Source: Lobosporangium transversale
Lineage: Eukaryota
Direction: 5' to 3'
Assembly: GCF_002105155.1 (NCBI RefSeq)
Contig: NW_019028992.1
Location: 124,001-188,000 of the forward strand
Length of the DNA stretch: 64,000 bases
Both the position numbers and the translations under genes were made by a program. Each line of letters starts with the position of its first letter. Position 1 is the stretch's first letter. The notes below the pieces were generated by a model, which was not told the origin of the DNA, searched no databases, and worked only from the letters and a program-made list of their open reading frames with translations. Shown in pieces: positions 37,008 through 48,781 of the stretch.

Positions 37008-38725
37008 ATGGAACTTGGGCTTTCCCCAGTGTCTCTCGATGCTTTGTATCCAGTCGTCGAAGAGGGGCATATAGCTCGATGGAAAGAAACGGGATCTTAT
37101 GAGGATCTGTACGTTAATGGATTCATGTCGCCATCATACGCAGCATTAGTTTCGTCATATTCAATAATATTCATAATTTTTAATATTAAGCAAACTAACG
37201 TACGATCTCAAACTATTTGTTGGATCGACCATAGAATGTCTTACTCTGCCGGGCTACTTAGTGCTCCCAACGACATCTTGCCACATCCGATCACGACAGT
37301 CATTCAGCTTGTATTACTTGAGGCTGTTAGTAATACCCTCCCGGCTGATAAGGTTGCAGCTTTTCTTCGTCAGCTTGCCACCAAACCTTCAGAATCAACA
37401 TCAGGGAATGTAGTTAGCATCATCGTTGATCTCTTCTGGTTCATGGAGGTTGAGCTTGATATTTATGCACATAACCCAAAGATCCAAGAGAAAAAGTCAG
37501 AAAGGCTCGTTCAGGTCGCCAAAATGTTAATTGTAAGTGGCAAAACCCCATGATCTAAGCGTCCTTACAGACTCAGATAATGTATACGTTGTGCATCATG
37601 CAATAGAATATTGGCATTTAAGTATAACTCTGCAATGTCTATACAGACTCATCTCATACCTTATGACTGCTACTTGTTTTATGTAGGCCCAAAAATTCAT
37701 TCCAGAACGTCTCATGAAGGAGCGCTGGGAGCTATCTTTCTTGGAAAAAACCGGCGTCATCTCAAATATTGAACTCTACAAAAAGCGTATCATCCGTATC
37801 AATACAACTCAACTGTAAGTCAGTGCTACGGTGCTGGCACCATAGTATAATACTGTCATAACCTTCGCATAAGCAATGATTATGAAATCCCCTTGGAAAA
37901 GCGTTGTCATGGTTTTTCGAGTCGAGAATCATTTGACATCCTTTTCTACTTGAACGTCTTTACAATACAGGACAAAAGTATCTCATATCACAAACTCGAT
38001 TTTCTTTCTCATCATCTATTGGGGATCTCCCTCCATAATTCTAGATACAAGCAGCACAAGTTCAATCTCTTAAGAGAAGAGTCCGAAGGCTATTCGAAAC
38101 TAATAACGGAACTTGCGAGTGGTACAGCTGACAGCGATAATGTCGGTCAAATCACTTCTAGGGCTAAGTCAGTTCTTAGCAATGTGATCCATCTTATTGG
38201 TAAGTAAAATAATAATAATATTAAATAAAAAGAACATCCTTGTTTGAATGCTTTGACTAAGGCCAATGAGATTTTAATTTTAATTTTATCATATTATCCT
38301 AGGTTACTTCGATCTTGACCCAAACCGCGTCCTTTCCATCGTTCTGGACGTCTTTTCTGCAAATATCATCACGCACCATCATTTTTTTATTGAGTTTCTG
38401 CTGATATCACCATGGTGTCTCCAAACGACAGGTGACCTGCCAGCATTCAAAAACAAAGCTTGTGCTCAAATTCTTGGATTCATGTTTCAGGATTTGCAGG
38501 TAAGTCAGTGCATCAATGAGCAAAACTATTATTTCAATGCATGGGTAACTCCATACCAATATTAACATCATCTTCCCTTAATATCATTTGATAATCTAGC
38601 GTCCTGAAAACCGCCATAAATCCCCAATCGAACTGTATACAATCTCGGCCTTATTGACCAAGCACTCCATCATGAGTTTAGATGATCTTTATCACCACGT
38701 AAATTAAGAATCTCTTGATTTTGAA

Positions 38726-38756
<31 letters not shown>

Positions 38757-41700
38757 CCATGCTAACATCTTTATTGCATTGCCTGTAGCTCTCTCCAACT
38801 GATGATGAGATGGTCCAAGACTACAAGAAATTCATAGAAAGTATGAAATCCAAAGCCCAGGAATATAAAAGCAACCCACTTGCGGTAAGTCTCGAGGCGG
38901 ATCATGCTAATTGTAATGCGACATTGGAGAACCATATAAATAATTAACTACGATGATTTTTCTGTGATCTAGATGGCTGGCGCATTAGAGGATGACACGG
39001 TGACTGGATCAACTACAGCATCTGAAAATAAGAATGATAAAGTGGTAGAGGAGTCACTACCAGAGGCCATTCCTGAGTTACCACTTCCTAATCAAAAAAT
39101 TGGAGTCTTGAATGCGCTTTTATCTATAGGAGATCTGGATCACGCAATGTTTATTCTTGCAAGGGTTCCTAACCTTACAGCTTCTCATCCTGAAACAGCT
39201 GATTTGATCTGTCGCCTTATCCACGAGATGATCGATCCTGTATATTCAACCTTCTCACCAACCACGTGCCATCCGCAATTAATGAAGCGCAAAGATTTCA
39301 CTTACCGCTATCCTATTACTCCAGAGGGACAGGAGGTTAAAACTGTACGCACATTGAATCCATGGCTTCCACTTTCTACAGGAACTGAACGTTACGAATA
39401 CTTTTATCAAGGATGGAGAGACAGCCTTATATTGTGCCAGTCGGTGCAGGACATCATTGACTATGTGTATCCAATACTGACTGTTGTTGGTGTTCGCATT
39501 CATCGAGACTTAAAACTAGTGGCCAAACTGTGCCGTATTGGAGCTGGAACTCTTAATCGACTTCGTCGCGAAATTGCTATGCTTGGTGGACAGGACGATA
39601 CTCAGCAAGTCACACTCAAATCAGAGAAAGAAACTATTGAAAGCATATGGATCGACATGACGAGATCCTTATTTTTGCCGACAGTGTCTCTTGCATACTC
39701 CAATCCTGGTACGTACTACATCTACAAAATATTGCTAACACTAACCGATACGAGCTCGCCTTTTGACAATGGCCATAATGGTGTATAATAAGGAGGTTAT
39801 ATTCAATCCTATACAAATATTTTAACTTTTTATTCTCTAGGTATTGTGCATGAAGTATGGCAAGTGATAAAGGGACTAAATTATCAGACACGATTTGCTC
39901 TGTATGGAGAATGGAAGTCAGAGGCAGCCAAACAATATCCGGAACTTCTTGTGACAACTGCCTCAACGGAGAAGGATGCCAAGAATATGATGCGGAGGAT
40001 TAATAGGGAGGATGTGAAACAGTATGGACGCATGTTTGCGAAATATGCCCATTCGAATCCACTGATTGTATTTGCTGCAGCAATCAAGCAACTGGAAGGT
40101 GGTTATGACAACATGGTGCAGCCACTCGTAGATGCTTGCAAATATTTGACTGATTTTGGACATGATGTTCTCGGTTATTCATTGCTCGAATCGTTATCGA
40201 AGAAAACACGTAGCAAGGTCCAGGAGGATGGGACCTCTATCGCAAAGTGGATGAACAGTGAGTTTTTTGGCAATCCTGATCCTAGATTTTTTAAATATTT
40301 GATTGCTGTACTCAATCGTTTCTTATTGTATAAACATTGATTTATTTTTCACTTTGTCGATCATTTTTCTTCATCCTAGCATTGGCCTCGTTCTGTGGAA
40401 ACTTATATCGAAAATATCCCTCGGGTGAACTGACGGGCATTTTACAGTACATTGTTAATCAGTTGCGACAACGTAATGCTCATGATCTAGTGGTATTGCG
40501 AGAACTTTTGTCAAAGATGGGTGGAGTAGAAGATTTGAGTAACTTGACTAAAGAGCAGCATCTTGCGATGGCGGGCGGTGAATTGTTAAGAAATGAAGTA
40601 CTTGCTGGAGGCGTTACTGGAACTGTCATGAAAAAAAATGCAAGAAGCTGTAATCGACTACAGGAGGCCATGGTGCGCGACAACATTGCTGCTCAATTTG
40701 TTGTTTTACTTGCTCAACAGAGACAGGAATGTATCTTCGGACCAGTTGAAATCCCCCACTTGAAAGTCTTGAGCAACCTTTTCGATCAGGCGCATCTTAC
40801 TTTCCTGCAATTTTTAGACTTTCTCTCGTCCAATCTCCAGAGAGCATATCCAACGTTTGTTCCCAGTCTCACGGATCTTTGTGAAACCTATAAGATTGAC
40901 CCTGCGATTGCTATGTATATTGTACGGCCAAAGCTACAGGAACTAATACGTCAAGAGCAAACAGCACAAACTGTGATGCAGTCCACTTCCAACCCTAACC
41001 CCAACTCAAGTGACGCCACTGTCATGGAGATAGACGGCGACAAGTCAAACGAATCAACCACTGTTGCCGATGAGGAGCCTTGGTTACCATGCTTGCGGTC
41101 TGCAGCTTTAGAGATCAAATCCATTCTCCCACCTAAAGCTTGGCGCTCTATGAAACCACAGTTCTACATTACCTTCTGGCAGTTGACTATGTATGATATC
41201 TATGTTCCTGTCCAGGAATATCGCTCTGAAATTAACAGGTTAAAACAATCTATCAGCGTCATGGATAATGATAGAGCAACATATAGCTCTAGTGTGCAAG
41301 CCAAGAGGGGCAGAGATCGAGACCGTTTGGCAAATACAGCATCAAAATTGCAGCTTGAGATGGACCGCCATTTAGCTCACCATAAGGTGATCATGGAGCG
41401 TTTGAAGCGCGAGAAAGACCACTGGTTTAAAGGATGTAAGGAAAACCTCTACCATTGCATTAATTTAATCAGGCACCATTTTCTATGTTCCATAAGTTAA
41501 TGCTGAGCTGCCTGTCTTTCTCTCTCTTTTCTCTTTCTCTTTTTCTCTTACTAGTGGAAGCCGACCGTGAAGAGATCATTGGTCAGGTCATCCAGCACTG
41601 TATCTATCCAAGGGCTGTTATGTCCAGTATGGATGCTATCTTTTGCTCGACGTTCATTCAACTGATGCATTCAATTGGAACCATCAATTTTTCGACATTA

Positions 41701-42634
41701 ACGCTATTTGATAAAGTATGTTTGACTTCAGTTTCTTTTTTTTCCCCCTCCAGGAGCCAAATATTTGGATATACTAATGTTGTCAACCTTATTTTATGTG
41801 TATTAAATAGTTATTTTTGGAGGTCGATCGTATCCTTTTTCTCTCCTCCGAGTCTGAAGCCAAATCGTATGGCTTATTTTTGTTCAAGGTGTTAAGTAAT
41901 CTAGCTCGTTGGCATAAAAGCCGAGAATTATATGCCTCAGAGGGTCGTGGTAATAATCTGCCTGGATTCCAAGAAAAATGGGGACCACATAGTACCAGCG
42001 GCGTGATTCGTGAAGAGGACCTGCTTAACTTTGAAATGTTTCGACATGGCCTCTTTAGATGGCATGTCAGGTTATTCCAGGTAAGTCAGCTAATTGCTAT
42101 TAGCTGTATGGGAGACATATGAAGTGTCTATAGTCGATAACTGTATACTTTGTGCTCATAGTTTAATTGTTGTTAAATCCTAATGGCTATAGACTTTCCA
42201 ATCCGCTGTTGGAACCGGAGAATACATGCGTATGAAAAACACGATTTTAATGCTTCGAGAACTTGCTCCGCGCTACCCAGAGTTGGTGGCGATCGGTACA
42301 CGATTCATGTCAATTTTCAAACCTATTGCTGAGAGTGAGAAGAGAGACGATTTGAAACTCATGGCAGCATCTTACCTGGGAGTCTTGAAAAAAGGACAAA
42401 ATTCTGGGGCCTGGTTGCCTGTCAGCCAGTTCCATCTCGTTCAACCGAAGGAGAAAAGCGATATCCAGTCCAGTACCAGCAAATCGTCCACTATTGATCA
42501 ATCAAAGTCTGAGTCAAATAAGCAACCATCTGTCAAGGCTAGCGCAATTGAGGAAGGAAGGTATGAGATCGGTGTGTCAGGCTTTCCATGTTATTCAGGC
42601 TGTATAAGACTTTATATTTTGAATCTCATCGCTC

Positions 42635-42674
<40 letters not shown>

Positions 42675-45600
42675 AATAGCACCACCAATACCACTACTAC
42701 CAATGCCAATGCCAATGTCACCAATGCCGGCACCAACACCAACGCTAACGCGAGCACTAGCACTAACATCAACACTAACACCAACACCAACAATAACAGT
42801 AACAGCGGCAGCAACAATAGATCCATGGCATCAAATGTTGGAAAAGCTTCACAAAGTACACGTGACCGTGTATCAACTGTTAAGGACTCTCGAGTAGGTG
42901 GCACTGTGTCACCCATCGGTGGACGAAGAAGTGTTGTGCCTTTGCCGCCAAAGCCAGGAACTCCGTCCTATGAAAACCGGCATGAAAACTCCTCTTCTGT
43001 CTCTAACAGGGATGGACGTGATCATCCATCGAGGGAAAGGGATCCACCATCCTCTCATCAGCCACGTGCGGACAATCCACCTGAGCTGCTTGTAATATCA
43101 TTGAAAGGTGGGCCGAGCGGTCGGGACGCCCAGGAGAGCCGAGATCTGAGCAAAGACTCCAACAGGCGGGATACTTCCAACAGAGATACTCCCAAAGACG
43201 CTTCCAGAGAGAATCTTAAAGATGGTCTTAGAGAAGGTCAACGGGATGCAACGAACGACACTGTCAGAGATTTGGCAAGAGAAGGTTCGAGCAAAGAAAC
43301 TCCTAGAGATACAGGCAGGGACGCGGGTAGAGATGCTCGGGATACTCGGGATACTAGAGATACTAGAGATACTAGAGATACTAGAGATACTAGAGGGGAT
43401 ACTAGGGATACCAGGGATACTAGAGACACTAGAGACACTAGAGACACTAGGGATATTAGAGACACCAGGGATATGCCAAGAGATATCCCACACCCTCTCA
43501 ATATTATGAGATCAGAAACAGGTAGAGAGTCAGGCAGAGATGGATTTAGAGAAGTGCCTAAAGATGGTCCTAGAGAGATATCCAGAGACATAGGAAGGGA
43601 TTCTACTCGGGAAAACAATCCTTATCGGGATACGCGGGATACCGGATCGTCAGATGTACGTGACTCTCGCGATCGGCGAGAAGCTCGCGATCGCCGCGAT
43701 CCGCGGGACATTGCACAAAGTCGCAAAGAATTAAGAGATTCTGCTCCTAGAGATCCCCGCGACCGAGATCCAAGGGATTTGGTTGCTCGAGATGCACGAG
43801 ACAGCCGTGATCCTCGATCGGGAACAGGCTCTAGCCGAGAAGTACGTGATTCGAGAGAGCCAGTTGATCCGAGAGATACTCGAACAGGACGTGAAGCTAG
43901 AGACACCCGCGACAGTGATCGATCTGACGATAGAGATAAACGTTCCCAGCGAGAAAAGGCAAGAGAGAATACTGATCAGATCTCCTCTGAATTTCCCATG
44001 TCTACATCTGCTCGGGATCGGCGGCGGCTAGAAGAAGGCTCCCGTGATCTGGATCGGCGCTCATTAGACCGCAGAGAAGGACACCGAGATCGAGAGGATA
44101 CTTTTCAGAACAATCGAGCCAGTGGTCCGTCGCCTAGACGGGGAGATGAGAGAAATGATGATTTTCAGAGCAGCCGTAACAAAGCTTCACCCTCGAGACG
44201 AGGAGACGACAAATCAAGGAGCGACGCTCGTGACCGAGACACAAGAGACTCTGGGTCACAAAGTAGTGGCTCTCGAGATCATCAGGCGCCTGCTCGTATT
44301 AATAGAGATGAACCAGAACATAGCCGGACAGGCTCTTCGTCAACCTCATCACGACATGAACAATCAGCATCAGTACGCGATGGAAGAGGGTCCTCCCGTC
44401 GCCAAGATACCATTCAAGAATGTAGGACGCTTTTCAACAAGGCGAACAACATGTTTGAGCCTTAATTTATTGGTAATTATGAATTAATATGGGTATATAC
44501 GTCGTCTTTCTCTACTTTCCCAACATAGCTGAAAGTCGCAGATCTTCTAGGGACCCTCAGAGCCGGTCCGATCGTCATTCCGATTCAAGAGACCACAAGC
44601 GCGGCAGAGAGAGTAGAAATAGTAGTCTAGAGAGAGAAAAAGATTCAAAGCGTCGGCGCGAAGGCTCAGTTACGGACTCGTCGCGGCAGGTAAGAAATGC
44701 ATTTTTTTCCGGGAGGATGATAGCAATGGCATGCAAAGTGGGTTTCAAATTAATATTTCTTTTATTTCTATATATGTATATATATAAAGGATTCGAATAC
44801 AGGAAGCTCAGGTTCGCGTCGCAAGCGACAGATCGAGCCAGATGATAGTATGTGTTAATCTTTGCCTGGCTCTAGCCCCTGACGGTTTCTGATTCAAGCC
44901 TTAGTCATGATGCTTAAAACCTTTACTCTTATGTTTTCTCCTTATCAATATAGACCGGGAGCCACTTCTCAATGAACGCTCAAAAGATTCTTCTCCAGTT
45001 GTCGATGCAATTGCTATGCCACCACCGTCGTCATCTTCTTCACCATCAGCCCCTGTAAATTCCAACGTAGGTTTGCTTTTATTATTTTAATCTGCATTTA
45101 TACCTGTCTTGAAAAGTTTTTTTTAGCTTAAAGAATTTTTTTCCTCAATTGTTCAAACTCGCTCTTATTATGTCAGTCTTCTGGAAGTACAAGGACCTCC
45201 ATCGTCATGCCTTCGCCTACATCAGGATCTAAGCGCATCAAGTTGAACAGACCGACGGATGGTGATAGCCCACTTAGTTCACCTTTCCCAAGCAGTTCTG
45301 CAGATTCACCCACAGCAAGCCCACGTAAGGATAATGAATCAGCATCCAAGTCTATATTAGAGATGGGTCTCACTACGAGTTCTCTTCGTGCACGATCTAG
45401 CAACAATGAGAATGCAGCATCGTCTTCATCTTCAAGAGGTTCTGAGCGAGAGTAAGTGTCTGCATATTACAATATATACAAGCGTTTGAGGATTCTGATA
45501 AATGTTTATGGAAGTCTATCAGATAGTTTAACGACATGTTTCATGCGCCTTTTTTATTTGGTAGTCACAGAAGTGAATCATCTCGATCAAGAGACGGTGC

Positions 45601-45811
45601 TACTAACATTGGACATGGTCGTGGAAGTAGTGGTGGTAATGGCAATAATAACAACAACAGCAATAATGGTGGTGGCGGGAACTCGAGTGGTCGTAGCCGA
45701 CAAGGTGGTTCTTCAGGTGGTGGAGGTGGTAGCAGCGATCGCAATGGTGGAGGAGGTGGTGACCGCAATAGCGGAGGTGGCGGCGGTGGCGGAAGACGCC
45801 GTAGGATATAG
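37008..45811 (+). CDS. THO2: THO complex subunit 2 (Tho2/THOC2), about 19 exons, with a long R/D-rich and Gly-rich C-terminal tail
   Basis: YKQHKFNLLREESEGYSKLITEL, GYFDLDPNRVL, RFALYGEWK, AHSNPLIVF, FYITFWQLTMYDIYVP, QHCIYPRA and EYMRMKNTI. The 5' end is uncertain because the ATG follows a possible acceptor. Confidence 0.9.
43332..43470 (+). repeat. Coding 9-bp minisatellite (GATACTAGA-like, Asp-Thr-Arg) in THO2
   Basis: About 15 tandem DTR-encoding units with synonymous variants (gatactcgg, gatactaga, gacactaga, gataccagg). Confidence 0.9.
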
Positions 45812-46096
45812 TTTTATAAGGGAAAAAAATATCAATAGGCATGGGTACCAGACTTCAGTTTTTCCATCAGTCTATATCTCTGTATTTAGACCCGAGAGCC
45901 TTTATTAAATGTTTCACAAAGTGTCTGTGACATTCAACCGATCATTTTCCACAATCTGCTTTTACATCTTCAGATTTTGGAATAGTGGAACAAAGATCAG
46001 TCTTCGGAGCTTTCATGATATCCTTTCTTTCTCAAAGCAGCTTATCAAATTCGTTGAGCTTTTTGCTGTTGTAATACAGATTCTGTTTTTATACCA

Positions 46097-48177
46097 CTAG
46101 TAATCAAGAAATCAATTAGGAAAAAGAACGGGTGCAAGAAGTGAAAATGCATAGAGACTATAGCAGATCCAAGACGAGACCACCTTAACCCAGACTGCAG
46201 GCCGGCTCTGGTCAATCAAGATAAGGTTATTTCCATTCCTATCTACCTCTTCGAATGTGTTCCAGTTCGTCAGCACCATTGAGATGTACATGGCTGCTAA
46301 TGCAAACACAATGTGGAAAAAACTATAGTTATATTGACATCCATTCTTCTCATCGTCCTTGGCGTCGTATTCCGTATCATCTTCTTCATCAATATCATCC
46401 AACGCAGACACTGGAAGCGCTCTATATCACAACGTTAGGGGAGGAAAAAAAAAAAATGTTCAAAGAGTTTAATACCATAGTTTGTTGGACTCAAAGTCAC
46501 TGAGAATCAAGATGTACCCTCTTTCAACAGCCGCCAGAATAGCATCGGATTGCTGTGCCGTTGAATCCGCTTTGAGAGGTGCATAGTCGCCATTATCAAT
46601 CGTGGCCTTTCCGCTCTGTGTTGCTGCCCTTGAGGTTGAATAGGCTACGGCAAGGAAAGTAAAGACAGCATCGAGGACAACTGACGTGGTCCTTGTCCCT
46701 CTCGCTTTATTCCAAGGATTACAATTGGTATCCTCATCCGGTTCATTCGCCACGCCGCTCAATACTAAGTAAGCGCAGTATATTACGACCATAGACGACT
46801 GTGTTAACCCTGATCGTGGGTTCGCATCCTGGATAGCAGGCAAAATACTCAAGATCGTGACAATGATACCAAGGATCAGATTGAATGTTATCCAAAAAGT
46901 ATTCATTCCGCAACCTTTGCCTGCAAAATAATTATATGTGATCTCCGTGAGAACCAAGAAGCCGAGAAACATGACCAACGTGGATCCTACGAGGATAAAC
47001 CGCCATATGTTGCTATCACTCTGTTCCCATTTATCCACACAAGTCTCACTCCAGGTATGTGCAAGGTCGACCAAGAGAATGAGTCCAAAGAGAATGAAAA
47101 CACCAGCTCCTATCAATGCAACATAGTTGCCGTAAAAAACGAAAAACCGTACTGGAATAAAAAAAGATGCTACCACCAGAGCCATCCAGGTAAGTAATTT
47201 TGGTCCCCACCATCTATTATAAAAAAAAAAAAAAAAAAAAAAAAAGTTGGTGGCACTTACCAAAACAAAAAAGCATAATTTCCTTTTCTTTTTTTCCATT
47301 TTTCTTTTTTTTCTTTTTTTATTCATTCTGAATCGCTGCTCTTTTTGACCGTGAATCGTGCACACCGATTAACAGAGCTCCAAGGATGAAATGAAAGAGT
47401 GCAAGGCCAAATCCAGTGCGCTGAACCTGATTTGCACCATAAAAGGAAGCGGACATATAAAAGGCCAGAATGAGAGATATATTTCAGACAATTTGTCTGT
47501 TAGTCAAAACACAATAAAGGATAAAGTAAAGAGAGAGGAAAGAGGAGTCGCGAGGAAAAGGGATCTCATTGTTGTTGTAACAATCTGTGCTGCAAATCTA
47601 CTAGAGCTCACTCTACCCCAAACACTCCGTAACAAGAATTGTCCGCGCAGTTTAACTTGAGATATCCATAAGTGATGTTTTCGAGCTGTTTAGAAACCCA
47701 ATCATGTAGCAAAGCCCAAGCTAGCTATAAGACTCAATACGAGATATATTGGCGTTAAGAAGATGAATAGGATATAATTGATGGGATTTTTTTTCTTCCA
47801 GAATGTAATCAATACCGTACCAAGGAGTTGAATAGCATAATTATCTTGATCATATTGATGTAGTATAAATAATAGGGGCGTAGAGAAGATAAGGGGATCG
47901 ATGGTTAATAGCAAAAAAAAAAAAAAAAAAATTGACGATGTGGTTTCTTCTCATGTCAGAAAAGCAGCAAAGGCTGTTGGATATGAGATCAACAAACGAA
48001 AAAAGAGGATTGACGTATGGGCTGCATTACTGCATATCCGACACGAGTGGCGATAGAGTTATTGTAATTGCACGATTGACAAGTAAGCGAGCATGCTGCA
48101 GCGGAGAAACAAGAGACGAGGATGGAGCCAAGACTACTCAAGGCGGGTAGTGCGAGACAGCTGATGGCTCCACCCAT
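46097..48177 (-). pseudogene. Serinc/TDE/TMS1 family membrane protein, apparently disrupted
   Basis: Clear Serinc exons (SIATRVGYA, a 24-nt exon IIMLFNSL, CYGVFG|VQR, WWGPK, NPRSGL.QSS, YNYSFFH, WVKVVSSW). There is no GT donor after AAIQN (in-frame TAA at 47319-47321), and TGA at 46112-46114 lies five codons before a TAG. Confidence 0.6.
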
Positions 48178-48781
48178 GCTTAATTGTACTGAAATTTAAA
48201 TTTCTGTATGCGCTTCTTTGCTTCGACTAGAGGGAGCCAGAGGAAGGGTCAAGGCTAACAAAAATAGCGATGATAGGAATGATGTTCAAGGAGAAAGAAG
48301 AGGGAAAAGTGAGGGAGAAGGAGGCAAAGCGAAGAAGTGTTTTTTCGACATTGGAGCATGGTGTAAGTCACATGATTTAGCTATTTTGCCTTTTGCTTCT
48401 GTCTTTTTACAAATCTCAACGTCTTTGGTCTCCTCATTCAAATTCTAAACTTCAAAGGTTTTAAACATTCTCCTCTCACACCTTCTCTTACACCTTTCTT
48501 CTCTCACACCTCCTCACTCACTTCTTTTACTTCTCACTCTCCTTCTTCCTTCTTCCTTCTTCCTTCCTTCTACCTTCTACCTTCTTCTTAATTCTCCTCT
48601 TACTCTTCTTTTCTTCTTTTTTGCAAAGTGAATTGATCCTTTTATCGTTTATTTCACTCTATTGGTTTTGCCACACTACAGAGACTTTATTCTAAACTGG
48701 CTACTCACTGTTCCTGCTACAACCACTACTGCGAATTTATTGTTACCTGACCTGAGTGCTCATTCATTGACACTCCTCCCA

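Noticed and set aside
41830..41840. GTATCCTT U12-type donor motif in THO2 (also ATATCCTT in MTR4 near 63725)
   Set aside because: Both lie inside open coding exons (DRILF; SYPF), and the inferred THO2 donors are all U2-type.
43332..43470. Tandem repeat as a possible CRISPR-like or mobile array
   Set aside because: It consists of 9-bp units without spacers and is in frame within a eukaryotic exon.
46112..48177. RIP as the cause of the Serinc lesions
   Set aside because: The inferred transitions occur in mixed dinucleotide contexts and some apparent changes are T-to-C, so there is no CpA-specific signature.
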